Assembly: GCA_964419675.1 (NCBI GenBank)
Contig: CAYQPN010000002.1
Coordinates: 133,073 to 194,184 of the forward strand
Source: an uncultured Candidatus Saccharibacteria bacterium
GTDB taxonomy: Bacteria > Patescibacteriota > Saccharimonadia > Saccharimonadales > SZUA-47
Length of the DNA: 61,112 bases
Direction: 5' to 3'
Both the position numbers and the translations under genes were made by a program. The notes below the pieces were generated by a model that saw only the letters and a program-made list of their open reading frames with translations, did no database searches and was not told the origin of the DNA. Position 1 is the stretch's first letter, and each line of letters begins with the position of its first letter. Of this stretch, positions 26,611-36,435 are shown one piece after another.

Positions 26611-27561
26611 TTATTTAGAAGATTTTTGCCAAGTTACAAAGTCTTTGACCATTTGCTCTACAGATATTTCAGGTTGCCAGCCAGTATCTTGGGTTAATCG
26701 TTCGCGTGAGCCGTAGATATCCATAACTTCGTTTGGGCGAATTCTTGATGGGTCGATTTTTGTTTGCAAATCTGCAACGCTAAAAGCTTCGCATAAAAAC
26801 TTAAGTATTTCTTGCCCAGAAATACTTTTACCAGAACAAATATTGTAGATATCATGCTTCAAATCTGACTGCGCACAGGTTGCTAGCTCTGAGTAAGCTC
26901 TTGCGACGTCACGTACATCGGTAAAATCTCTTTTTGTGTCAAGATTACCTACAAGAAGCGGGGTACCGTCAGATATTGCTTTTTTAATTTGGGCACCTAG
27001 GTCTGGCAATAGAAATCCTGGTAATTGACCAGGACCAGAATGGTTAAATGGTCTAGCAATAATTATTTCTAACCCTTTTTCCTTGTATGGCCTAAGAGCC
27101 TCTTCCATTTTTTGTTTACTAACTACGTATTCGTTTGTCTCGTCTTGAGGGATTAGAGCAGACTCCTCAGTAATTGGGAGTGGTTGGTTAGGGTCATAGA
27201 CAGCGCCAGTGCTAACGGCTATTATTCGTGGGGTTACACCTTGTCTTAAGCATTCATCATACAAAACTGTATGCACACCAATATTTACTTTGTCGTATAA
27301 CTCACCCTGTCCGCGAGAATCTCCAACATTTGCAAAACCGGCAAGGTTAATGATTGCCGAAACAGTCCTTAAATCAATAGTTTTAATTGATTCAGAACTT
27401 GTTAGGTCACAGCCAACATAGCCTTCGACTACTTCTGACAAATCTGGTTGTAATTCTGGTTGGTTGCCAACACCCAACACCTCGAACCCAGAAGTATGTA
27501 ATTGTTCGGCAACATGATGCCCAACAAATCCATTCACGCCTGTAACTAATATCTGGCTCAT
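26611..27561 (-). CDS. NAD(P)-dependent SDR epimerase/reductase, probably GDP-4-keto-6-deoxy-D-mannose reductase (Rmd-like)
   Basis: Rossmann motif ILVTGVNGFVGHHV and YVVSK (YxxxK). About 316 aa. Adjacent to gmd and wzm/wzt, as in D-rhamnan (CPA-type) loci. Specificity versus Fcl is not resolvable by eye. Confidence 0.6.
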   Translation of the reverse strand: MSQILVTGVNGFVGHHVAEQLHTSGFEVLGVGNQPELQPDLSEVVEGYVGCDLTSSESIKTIDLRTVSAIINLAGFANVGDSRGQGELYDKVNIGVHTVLYDECLRQGVTPRIIAVSTGAVYDPNQPLPITEESALIPQDETNEYVVSKQKMEEALRPYKEKGLEIIIARPFNHSGPGQLPGFLLPDLGAQIKKAISDGTPLLVGNLDTKRDFTDVRDVARAYSELATCAQSDLKHDIYNICSGKSISGQEILKFLCEAFSVADLQTKIDPSRIRPNEVMDIYGSRERLTQDTGWQPEISVEQMVKDFVTWQKSSK

Positions 27562-27638
27562 GACTATTAGGTTAGCAGAATATGGATACCCTGGCTATTT
27601 AGTTGCTAGTTACGCCCTGACAACCTAAAATAGAGTAG

Positions 27639-28439
27639 ATGAAAAAGATCTTTTCAAAACAAAATAGAGTTTTGTTATCAGAACTTGTAAGAACTGATTT
27701 TAAACTTAGGTATCAAGGCTCAGTACTGGGGTATACCTGGTCTTTGTTGCGACCACTACTTTTGTTTACAATTTTGTATATTGTTTTTGCAAAGTTTTTA
27801 AAAATCGGTAGTGACATTCAAAACTACCCAATCTATCTATTACTGGGTATTGTTTTATGGAGCTTTTTTAGCGACATGACCTCTCAAAGTCTCTCGTCAA
27901 TCGTAGCCAGGGGGGATCTTATAAGGAAAATTAGGATACCACGTTGGCTTATCATTGTTTCGACAAGTATGTCAGCACTAATTAATCTGGGGTTAAATCT
28001 TGTTGTCGTTTTAATTTTTGCACTTTTCACCAAGTTAGACCTGATGGCTACCAGTGTATTTTTACCTTTTATACTTTTGGAAATTTATATATTTGCACTG
28101 GGCGTATCGTTAATATTGTCGGCAATGTTCGTAAAGTATAGAGATATTAGTCACATATGGGAGGTTTTCTTGCAGGCTGGGTTTTATTTAACACCAATAC
28201 TTTATCCCATATCACTGATTACTAATATTACTGCTAGAGAATTCTTACTATTAAATCCTTTGGCTCAATCTATGCAGGATGCAAGGCAGTTTTTTGTTAC
28301 AAAACAATCGATAACACTGGGGGAGACATTTAACGGTGATGTTGTCTATTTAATACCTATCTCAATAGTTATTTTCACTCTAATAATTGGTCTATTGTAT
28401 TTCCGTTCACAAGCTAAAACATTTGCAGAGAATATCTAA
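27639..28439 (+). CDS. wzm: ABC-2 type polysaccharide exporter permease (Wzm/TagG-like)
   Basis: Six hydrophobic helices. N-terminal FKLRYQGSVLGYTWSLLRPLL is typical of ABC-2 permeases. The next base after its stop is the ATPase start. Confidence 0.85.
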   Translation: MKKIFSKQNRVLLSELVRTDFKLRYQGSVLGYTWSLLRPLLLFTILYIVFAKFLKIGSDIQNYPIYLLLGIVLWSFFSDMTSQSLSSIVARGDLIRKIRIPRWLIIVSTSMSALINLGLNLVVVLIFALFTKLDLMATSVFLPFILLEIYIFALGVSLILSAMFVKYRDISHIWEVFLQAGFYLTPILYPISLITNITAREFLLLNPLAQSMQDARQFFVTKQSITLGETFNGDVVYLIPISIVIFTLIIGLLYFRSQAKTFAENI

Positions 28440-29627
28440 ATGAAAGACCTAAAAGAAAACGCAATTGTTGTTACGAACTTGAGCAAATCCTTTAAGTTGC
28501 CTCACGAAATTCATAGCTCCATAAAAGGTTTGTTTGTGAATATATTCAGAAGAAAACGCACCTATGAAATGCAGAAATCTGTAGACGGAGTTAACTTTTC
28601 GATCAAGAAAGGTGAGTTCTTTGGCATAGTAGGAAAGAACGGTAGCGGAAAAAGCACACTTCTAAAACTAATTGCAGGTATTTATTCTCCGGATACAGGG
28701 ACTATTGATATAGACGGGAAACTCACTCCATTTATTGAATTGGGGGTAGGTTTTAACCCAGATTTATCTGGTAGAGAAAACATCTTTCTAAACGGAGCAT
28801 TATTGGGCTTCTCTCGTACAGACATGTTAAAAATGTATGACGATATTGTTAGTTTTGCAGAGCTAGAAAAGTTTATGGACCAAAAACTCAGGAATTATTC
28901 TTCAGGCATGCAGGTACGGTTGGCGTTTTCAATAGCTATTAGGGCTGACGCACCAATATTACTTTTAGACGAGGTTCTAGCCGTTGGTGACGCTGCTTTC
29001 CAGCGTAAGTGCTATAACTACTTTAAAGATCTAAAGAAAAAGAAAAAAACAGTAGTACTAGTTACTCATGACATGGATGTAGTTAGAGAGTTTTGTGACA
29101 GCGGAATTTTGTTTAATAAGGGTAAAATAGTATATTCCGGCGCCCCTCAGGATTTAGCCCGCGAATATTTAAAAATGTTTTCGCCAGTTGCGGGCCAAAA
29201 TGTAGTACAAAAAGATGAAGGTCCAAGGTGGGGTAAGGGTGCTATAAAATACAAATCTGCCAAAGTAACAAAAACAAAAACCGGGTACAAAGTAAGTTTG
29301 ATAACAGAAGCTAAAACTGAGGTAATAAATCCAATATTTGGATTCTTAGTAAAGGGCCCAGATGGTAAACCTATCTTGGGGACAAATAGTCTTATAAAAA
29401 AGCAATTTCCGGGGACGATTAAGGACAACAAGAAGGTCGAGTTATCTTGGGAATTTCCGGATCTTTTTACAAATGGGGTACATTCAGTAGATGTAGCAAT
29501 CACTCAAAATGACGGTGCAACAGTACACGATTGGTGGGAGTCTGCAATCACTTTCAATGTAATCGGCAAGGATAGATCGCCTTATATTATATTGCCTAGT
29601 ATCAAACTTAATATTAAACAGGGGTAG
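28440..29627 (+). CDS. wzt: Polysaccharide ABC exporter ATP-binding protein with a C-terminal glycan-binding (Wzt_C-like) extension
   Basis: Walker A GKNGSGKST, signature YSSGMQVRLAFS and Walker B ILLLDEVLAVGD. About 150 extra C-terminal residues (KYKSAKVTKTKTGYKVSLITE ... HDWWESAITFNV) are predicted beta-rich. Confidence 0.85.
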   Translation: MKDLKENAIVVTNLSKSFKLPHEIHSSIKGLFVNIFRRKRTYEMQKSVDGVNFSIKKGEFFGIVGKNGSGKSTLLKLIAGIYSPDTGTIDIDGKLTPFIELGVGFNPDLSGRENIFLNGALLGFSRTDMLKMYDDIVSFAELEKFMDQKLRNYSSGMQVRLAFSIAIRADAPILLLDEVLAVGDAAFQRKCYNYFKDLKKKKKTVVLVTHDMDVVREFCDSGILFNKGKIVYSGAPQDLAREYLKMFSPVAGQNVVQKDEGPRWGKGAIKYKSAKVTKTKTGYKVSLITEAKTEVINPIFGFLVKGPDGKPILGTNSLIKKQFPGTIKDNKKVELSWEFPDLFTNGVHSVDVAITQNDGATVHDWWESAITFNVIGKDRSPYIILPSIKLNIKQG

Positions 29628-29629
29628 TA

Positions 29630-30616
29630 ATGTTTAGAAGTAAAAAAGTAAAATTACCAATAGAATACCTATCTATGTCACCAGAAAAAGTTTGGAATAA
29701 AAACGAATGGCAAAGAGTAGATATGACAGTTTCGTGCAGGGATACGGATTATATAAATAAACGCAAAAATGCCGGAAACTACAAAGAAATTAACGGTCAA
29801 AAATTTCAAATAATGCACAACGGACTATACGTAAAAGCCGGAGGGTATCATGGCGAGTGGATGCAAAAAATAATTGAAAAATTAAAAGGGCACCACGAAC
29901 CGCAGGAAGAAAAATTATTTTATGAAATACTGAAATATCTCGACAAGTCTCCAGTAATCTTAGAACTAGGAAGTTTCTGGTCCTACTACAGCTTATGGCT
30001 ACTAAAAGAGTTCCCAAACGCAAAGTCGTTTTGTTGCGAACCGGACCCTGTAAATATGAAGGTTGGTAAGGCTAATGCAACAGTTAACGGACTAAGTGGT
30101 AGAATAAAGTTTATCAATGCAGCAGCTGGGGAGACCGACAAAGAAATAATTGATTTCAATCTTGATTCAGACCCTTCAAAAAAAATTAAGGCAAAAGTCA
30201 GGACAGTTGACTCTTTAGCAGAAGAATTTAAAATAAAAAAAATTGATATATTACACATGGACGTCCAGGGGGTTGAATTAAGCGCCTTACAGGGGTCTCT
30301 AAAAATGATAAAAGATAAAAAAGTTAGATTTGTTTTTGTTTCGACACATCATTATCTTTTTTCTGGTGATCCTTTGACCCACCAGCGGTGCAAGGATTTT
30401 CTTGTAGATAATGGGGCGCATATAATATCAGCGCATAATGTACTTGAATCTTTTAGCGGAGACGGGTTGATAGTGGCTTCATTTGATAAAAGAGATGCAG
30501 ATTTAATAATAGAAACTTCAAAAAACGATAGCGACAACTCTTTGTTCAGAGCCTATGAGTATGATTTATCAGAGCTATCAAACTATTATGGTAATCAGTC
30601 TAAGAAGAGGAAGTAA
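29630..30616 (+). CDS. FkbM-family SAM-dependent methyltransferase
   Basis: ILELGSFWSYYS ... VNGL ... ILHMDVQGVELSAL fits the FkbM pattern. Confidence 0.7.
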   Translation: MFRSKKVKLPIEYLSMSPEKVWNKNEWQRVDMTVSCRDTDYINKRKNAGNYKEINGQKFQIMHNGLYVKAGGYHGEWMQKIIEKLKGHHEPQEEKLFYEILKYLDKSPVILELGSFWSYYSLWLLKEFPNAKSFCCEPDPVNMKVGKANATVNGLSGRIKFINAAAGETDKEIIDFNLDSDPSKKIKAKVRTVDSLAEEFKIKKIDILHMDVQGVELSALQGSLKMIKDKKVRFVFVSTHHYLFSGDPLTHQRCKDFLVDNGAHIISAHNVLESFSGDGLIVASFDKRDADLIIETSKNDSDNSLFRAYEYDLSELSNYYGNQSKKRK

Positions 30617-30622
30617 TACTTT

Positions 30623-31519
30623 ATGGTTAAGGATAGTTTTATATCGTATGCGCAGAACCGGGAAGACTTAATTATTTATTCTTTGCTAAATAAAACTTCC
30701 AAGGGCTTCTATGTCGATATAGGAGCTAATAGCCCGGATATAGATTCAATCACAAAACATTTTTATATTGATGGATGGAGTGGGATTAATGTAGAGCCGA
30801 TTGGCAGGCTCTATGATGCGCTGAAGAAAGCGAGGCCAAGGGATATAAATCTTAATGTTGGGATAGGCAAAAAGACAGGAAAACTAACTCTCAGAGAATA
30901 TACAAATATAGATGGTCACTCTACTTTCTCGGAAGAAGTAAAAACTCACAAGGATACTAAACAGAAGCATGTCGACTACGAAGTAGAAGTCATCACTCTC
31001 CAAAAGCTTTTCAAGGATAATGAAGTCAGTAAAATAGATTTTCTAAAAATTGATGTTGAAGGTTTTGAAGAAGAGGTAATATTGGGTAATGACTGGGACA
31101 AGTACAGGCCCACAGTTGTTTGTATAGAGGCAGATCATTTTCATAAAGACTGGAATAGTTTGTTTACTTCTTGGGGGTATAGGTACGTAATGTTTGATGG
31201 GCTAAACGAATATTATATTGCTAATGAGTCCGATAGCTTACTTGATGGTTTTTCAGAGAGATTGGTGGAATTGGGGCATAACTCTCTTAAGGTTCACCAG
31301 CACAATGAGCGGGTAGACCACCAATTGACTGTAGAAAATGACAAAAAAAATATATCATTTCTTAAATCTAAAACTGAAGAGTTAGAAAAAGCGATACTTG
31401 ATAAAGACACAGAAATTGGAGTATTGAATAAAACTAGCTATGTGAATAGGCGCTATCTTGGTAGGGTGAAGATGGCCTTAGTTAGTTTGACGACTGGTTG
31501 GTTTCGTAAAACTAAATGA
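30623..31519 (+). CDS. FkbM-family SAM-dependent methyltransferase with a C-terminal coiled-coil tail
   Basis: FYVDIGANSPDIDS ... DFLKIDVEGFEEEV. The tail KNISFLKSKTEELEKAILDKDTEIGVLNK is heptad-like. Confidence 0.7.
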   Translation: MVKDSFISYAQNREDLIIYSLLNKTSKGFYVDIGANSPDIDSITKHFYIDGWSGINVEPIGRLYDALKKARPRDINLNVGIGKKTGKLTLREYTNIDGHSTFSEEVKTHKDTKQKHVDYEVEVITLQKLFKDNEVSKIDFLKIDVEGFEEEVILGNDWDKYRPTVVCIEADHFHKDWNSLFTSWGYRYVMFDGLNEYYIANESDSLLDGFSERLVELGHNSLKVHQHNERVDHQLTVENDKKNISFLKSKTEELEKAILDKDTEIGVLNKTSYVNRRYLGRVKMALVSLTTGWFRKTK

Positions 31520-31550
31520 TTTGTTTTGATGTTTTAACGTTTGTTAAATT

Positions 31551-31757
31551 TTAGCTCTTTGGTTTTTTGTCGATCTCAAGTAATTCTATAAGTTTCTCGT
31601 TTGTTTTTGTCGTTTTTTCCTGAAGATCTAATATCTTTTTGTCTAGTTCATGTAAAGCATGGTGCACGGCATGCAATTTTCTTGGGAGCAGTAGAACAGA
31701 AGTTAATAATCTGTACAGATACCCTACGAGTGGGATTTTTACTATAAGACTTCTCAT
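31551..31757 (-). CDS. Small (68 aa) hydrophobic/coiled-coil protein of unknown function, translationally coupled to the upstream GT4
   Basis: ATGA overlap with the stop of 31754-32947. Contains ALHELDKKILDLQEKTTKTNEKLIELLE. I recognised no homology. Confidence 0.4.
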   Translation of the reverse strand: MRSLIVKIPLVGYLYRLLTSVLLLPRKLHAVHHALHELDKKILDLQEKTTKTNEKLIELLEIDKKPKS

Positions 31758-32947
31758 ATTGATTTTCTACCTTTCTCGGTACCCTCTGAACTTTTAATGA
31801 TTGAGTGTAAAAATATTCTAGCATTTTCTTCAGTGTCCAATTTTTTGATTCTCTTGTACCCTTTAGTCTTTAGCCTATCAGCTACCTCGGCGTCTGAAAG
31901 TATGCTCTCAAGCCCTTTGGTGATTTCTTTCACATCCAAGGCGTTTACCGTAAGAGCCGCATCACCGACAGCCTCAGGGAGTGAGGAATTATTACTGCTC
32001 AACACAGCTGTTCCGCAAGCCATGGCTTCTGTAGGCGGGATCCCATAACCTTCATAAACACTAACGTACGCAAAAGCGCTTGCGGCGCTGTACAGGGCGG
32101 GTAGGTCTGCATCTTCTACGTAACTGGTGGGTAGAATAACCTTAAGTCCCTTACTCTGCATATTTTCAATCTGATTATGTATCTCGTTGTCCTTCCAACC
32201 TTTTGCCCCTACAAGTAGTAGAGCAAAATTCTTCTGTAGGTCGCTTTGCATATTCTCGTAGGCCTTCAGCAAAGACACTAAGTTTTTTCTAGGTTCGATA
32301 TTCCCTACAAATAATATGTAATCATCGAATAGTGAATATTTAGCACGTATACCTTTTTTTGTAGCTGGAGTTTGAGGGCGAAATTTTTTAGTGTCAAGGA
32401 TAGGTATAACTTTATCAATATTTTCAGGAGAATACTGGTAGTGGTCGGCGATTTCTTTTTTACTATTTTCAGAAATTGTAATTACACGTGTGGCACGTTT
32501 TATAGATATTTCAGTCTGGTCAGTCAAGAATTCTTGATTTCTTTCAGCAGAGAACTGGGGGAAATGGATAAAGGATAAGTCATAAATAATGGGGATTTGT
32601 GGGCTAAACAAAGTCGGCCAAGAACTAAAATGCGTAAAAACATATGTTTTTCTACCGAAAAATAAATCAATAGGTGGTATTAAACCACGTCTTTTTAAGC
32701 CGTTTGATATTCTTGGTGAAATAGGCATCCTTCTAATCTTAAAGTTTTTGTACCCGAACTTTTCTATACGCTTGCTTAATCTCCACGGCAAACCAATCTC
32801 TATTTTAATATTTGAATATTCTTTATCCTCTAGTAATTTATCGACTTCCTGAAGTAGTGAGGCAGTATAGTGCCCTATACCACTAAAATGGTCAAGCACC
32901 AGTACTTCACCATCTACAAAAACTTTAATCTTTTTTTGGGTCATCAA
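31754..32947 (-). CDS. Glycosyltransferase family 4
   Basis: VSVYEGYGIPPTEAMACGTAVLSSN (EX7E-type motif). It overlaps the neighbouring GT4 by 4 nt. Confidence 0.85.
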   Translation of the reverse strand: MMTQKKIKVFVDGEVLVLDHFSGIGHYTASLLQEVDKLLEDKEYSNIKIEIGLPWRLSKRIEKFGYKNFKIRRMPISPRISNGLKRRGLIPPIDLFFGRKTYVFTHFSSWPTLFSPQIPIIYDLSFIHFPQFSAERNQEFLTDQTEISIKRATRVITISENSKKEIADHYQYSPENIDKVIPILDTKKFRPQTPATKKGIRAKYSLFDDYILFVGNIEPRKNLVSLLKAYENMQSDLQKNFALLLVGAKGWKDNEIHNQIENMQSKGLKVILPTSYVEDADLPALYSAASAFAYVSVYEGYGIPPTEAMACGTAVLSSNNSSLPEAVGDAALTVNALDVKEITKGLESILSDAEVADRLKTKGYKRIKKLDTEENARIFLHSIIKSSEGTEKGRKSI

Positions 32948-34071
32948 TTTCCTAAATTACCTGTTTGTTTAATTATACCTAAACATTTAACAAAGTCTTC
33001 GTATGAATTATCAAAAGTAAACTGACGGCTGTTTTCTATACCCGCATCTCGCATCTTTTCTAGTCTTTTAGGGTCCTCTAATAATTTTGTTATCTTTAAT
33101 GATAAATCGACAAAATTTCCGGACTTAGCTAATAGTCCTGTTTTGCCGTCTAGAACACTATCTCTTAGTCCATCTGTGTCGTAGGCTACGGCGGGTACGC
33201 CTTGACTTGCCGCTTCGGTAGCAATAATTCCCCAGCCTTCTTTAACTGAAGTTATAACTATTATCGCCGAATCTCTAAGCAATTGTTCTTTCGCTTTTTC
33301 ATCTACTTTACCGTAAAACTTAATAGAGTCTGAGTAATTAGATTTTTTTGCGTGTGCAAAAACCCTTTTGCCGTATTTACCGGAATAATCACCTACTACA
33401 ACAAGTATTAAATCTGGTAGTTTTTGTACGGCCAGTTCAAATGCTTTTATTATATGCAAAGTCCTCTTCATTGGTCTTACTGACCCCAATGAGATTATCG
33501 TTCGGGTGCTCTTTTTTGCATGTTGTGTTGTAGTTTTAATATTCATGCCAATCCTGAATGTTTTTATCGCGTCTTGTCTGAACCCATACTTTGCTAAATC
33601 TTTCTTTGTACTATCAGATTCAGTTAGTACCAGATTATACTTATTTCTAGACAGGTATCTTAGTAGCAGGGGTTCTAACAGGTACCCAGCGAGGGAAAAG
33701 GGGAATATCATCTGGTAAAACCATACTTGTCGCGCTAACTGGTAGGTTAAAAGCACTGTTGGCATTTTATCGTATTTAAAACCAAGAAAAGGGATGGTGT
33801 TCATCTCGTCAATAATTAAATCTGCCCAACCACCCATTGATTTTTTATATAGTTTTTTAGCTTTGGTATAAACGGTATATTTATTGCCTGTTCTGTATAT
33901 CTCAACTCCATCAATTACAGATTTTATATCAGAATTGTCTGGTCTAGACGTAATCAATCGTACTGAATGTCCGTCTAAAATAAGTCTTTTTCGTATTTCT
34001 GTAGATACAAGTTCCGCACCACCTGAAAGTGGATGCTCAATATCTTTCCAAGACAGCCATAGTATATTCAT
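32944..34071 (-). CDS. Glycosyltransferase family 4
   Basis: TSVKEGWGIIATEAASQGVPAVAYD. Confidence 0.85.
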   Translation of the reverse strand: MNILWLSWKDIEHPLSGGAELVSTEIRKRLILDGHSVRLITSRPDNSDIKSVIDGVEIYRTGNKYTVYTKAKKLYKKSMGGWADLIIDEMNTIPFLGFKYDKMPTVLLTYQLARQVWFYQMIFPFSLAGYLLEPLLLRYLSRNKYNLVLTESDSTKKDLAKYGFRQDAIKTFRIGMNIKTTTQHAKKSTRTIISLGSVRPMKRTLHIIKAFELAVQKLPDLILVVVGDYSGKYGKRVFAHAKKSNYSDSIKFYGKVDEKAKEQLLRDSAIIVITSVKEGWGIIATEAASQGVPAVAYDTDGLRDSVLDGKTGLLAKSGNFVDLSLKITKLLEDPKRLEKMRDAGIENSRQFTFDNSYEDFVKCLGIIKQTGNLGN

Positions 34072-34076
34072 TTATT

Positions 34077-35033
34077 TTAAGATTTTTCAGCAATTACGTA
34101 GAGAGGTCTATTTTGCGTCTCATAATAGACACTTTCAATATATAGGGCTAATAAGCCTTGGCATACTAAAACAATGCCTACCAAAAAGGTGACAAAAATA
34201 GCAAGAAGCGCAGCGCCACTTATTGAAAGATTCATTGGGTCACCTAGTATATATTCCTGAACCGCCAAAGCTAAGCCCGCAAAAGCTGAGAACACCGATA
34301 TTAACATGCCTAAAGCTGCGATAAGTTTAAGCGGTCTAGTTGAGTGCGATATTATACCGTCAATAGCAAGTTTAAAAAGTTTACGGAAAGAGTAAGTAGC
34401 AGTTCCTGCATGTCGCTCTTCAGCTTCAAATGGTACTTCAACTCGTTTGTAGCCAAGCCAATCCAGTAGATTACGCGTTACACGATTGCGTTCAGTTAAC
34501 TTATTAAACTCATCCACAACTTTTTTATCGATTAATCTGAAGTCCGTAGTGCCTGCAACTACGTCTTTACCGCCAATAAATTTTAGTAATTTATAGAAAA
34601 GTCTTGAACCGTGCTTTTTGACGAACCCTTCACCAACATTGCCTCTTCTTATCCCAACAACTACATCATTTCCTTTTTCCCATAATTCTATAAAAGTTTC
34701 AACAAGTTCTATTGGATGCTGACCATCTCCGTCCATAATTATTGCAGCATCACCGGATACTTCAGAGATTCCAGCACTAGTAGCAGCTTCTTTTCCAAAA
34801 TTTCTAGAAAGAGATATAAAGCGTGTATTTTTTGATGCGGCCTTAATTTTGCGAATAATTTCCAGTGAGTCATCAGTACTACCGTCATTAACATAGATAA
34901 TCTCAAAATTTCGATTTAACTTATTAAAAAACTCCACTATTTTATTGTGGTGCCACTGAAGATTCTCCTGCTCATTAAATATAGGTATAACAACGCTGAA
35001 AGTGGTAATTTTACTATGTTCTCTTATTCTCAT
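34077..35033 (-). CDS. GT2 polyprenyl-phosphate glycosyltransferase (GtrB/CsbB/ArnC-like)
   Basis: FSVVIPIFNEQENL, YVNDGSTDDS, IIMDGDGQHP and two C-terminal TM helices (LIAALGMLISVFSAFAGLALA, LLAIFVTFLVGIVLVCQGLL). Confidence 0.8.
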   Translation of the reverse strand: MRIREHSKITTFSVVIPIFNEQENLQWHHNKIVEFFNKLNRNFEIIYVNDGSTDDSLEIIRKIKAASKNTRFISLSRNFGKEAATSAGISEVSGDAAIIMDGDGQHPIELVETFIELWEKGNDVVVGIRRGNVGEGFVKKHGSRLFYKLLKFIGGKDVVAGTTDFRLIDKKVVDEFNKLTERNRVTRNLLDWLGYKRVEVPFEAEERHAGTATYSFRKLFKLAIDGIISHSTRPLKLIAALGMLISVFSAFAGLALAVQEYILGDPMNLSISGAALLAIFVTFLVGIVLVCQGLLALYIESVYYETQNRPLYVIAEKS

Positions 35034-35058
35034 TTTAATCTAACTAGTCCTTAGCTAC

Positions 35059-36303
35059 TTACTTAGTATATACGTTTCTTGTTGAGGACCTCAAGCTTAT
35101 CCAGAATGATATGCTGCAGAAGATAAAACCAAAAAGCGCGATAGTGTTTAAGCCGTACATTCTCGCTACGCTACCTTGGTTTCCCCCTAAAATCAAATAC
35201 ATGGTGGTAGCGATAGTAATAATCGTAGGGATAATGAAAGCCATATAGTCACGAACGACAATGAAATATAGGGTATAGGCCATAATTCCAACCCAGAAAA
35301 ACTTATAGAGGATTGATAAGGTTGATAGGCTACGAATCTCGGCTAATGAATAGCTAGTGCCCATAATAGCGTTAAGTATGTAATTACCAAAGAAATACAT
35401 AAGTACTACACTTGTAGCACTAACAAGGAACAGGAAGGACAATAACTGCATTGTTGGCTTAAAATTATTACGTAAATCATGCACATCGATAGAGGACAGA
35501 AAGGGCCACACAAAAATCAAGCCACCAAAGAATACTGCGCGACTAATTACATAAATATCAGTATAGACTTTAGCGTCAATTTTCGCAGCTGTAATAGCTA
35601 ATAAATCTATTACTTGTAAAATATTTACAAGTAATATTCCTATAGATGCGACAACGGCATAATATAGTAGAGCCTTATAGCGGCCAGAAAGACTTTTTAG
35701 AAATCTGCTATTAATCGCAATTCTCGGTAATTGCTCTTCTCTAAAAAGCGACACTATGAGCACAATGGCTAATAAGTGGCCAACTGACATAGCGATTAAT
35801 GCCAAAGCTCCACTCTTTGATATCAGCGCTACTGCAATAGTCGGCAAGAATTGAAAAGTAGCAGTTATAACTGCGACAATACCCACTTTTACAAGCTTTC
35901 TTTTACCATTTAAATACCCTGAGAATACGGATGAGGGTACTGAAAATATCAGCAGTAGGGCTATCGGTAGTATGTAAATCGGTGGCAGGTTAATACCTCT
36001 AAACAATGTTGGAGAAGAAATACTAAATAATATTATGATAATTACAAATAGTTTTATTACGACTGTCTGTAAGTGCTCTATTGTCTCTTGGTTGTCTTCT
36101 TTATCTTTCGTTAGCCCAATCGTTAAAGCAACAACCGATAATAATACCGTTGCAATTTGAGTTAGTAGGGATAACGCTACCGAAACATGGATAAATTGAT
36201 CAGCACCTAGCACCCTCCCCAATATTGGGTAGGTGAGGTAGTTAAGGGCCGAAGCAACGATGCTTAAGAGCAAAAAATAGAATAGGGGAGTATGTTTTAT
36301 CAC
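35059..36303 (-). CDS. Polysaccharide flippase (Wzx / MOP superfamily-like) polytopic membrane protein
   Basis: 414 aa with about 12 hydrophobic helices and no soluble domain. Glycan-cluster context. Confidence 0.6.
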   Translation of the reverse strand: MIKHTPLFYFLLLSIVASALNYLTYPILGRVLGADQFIHVSVALSLLTQIATVLLSVVALTIGLTKDKEDNQETIEHLQTVVIKLFVIIIILFSISSPTLFRGINLPPIYILPIALLLIFSVPSSVFSGYLNGKRKLVKVGIVAVITATFQFLPTIAVALISKSGALALIAMSVGHLLAIVLIVSLFREEQLPRIAINSRFLKSLSGRYKALLYYAVVASIGILLVNILQVIDLLAITAAKIDAKVYTDIYVISRAVFFGGLIFVWPFLSSIDVHDLRNNFKPTMQLLSFLFLVSATSVVLMYFFGNYILNAIMGTSYSLAEIRSLSTLSILYKFFWVGIMAYTLYFIVVRDYMAFIIPTIITIATTMYLILGGNQGSVARMYGLNTIALFGFIFCSISFWISLRSSTRNVYTK

Positions 36304-36435
36304 TATATGTATTCTACATTAATGCCCTAGTGCTCAGAACCTATTTAGAGTAAGTGAAATTAACAATTCTGTAAGGGATGTCTAGATGGTAATATATATA
36401 TAACTTTTCAGGGTACATAATAAGAGGGAATATTC

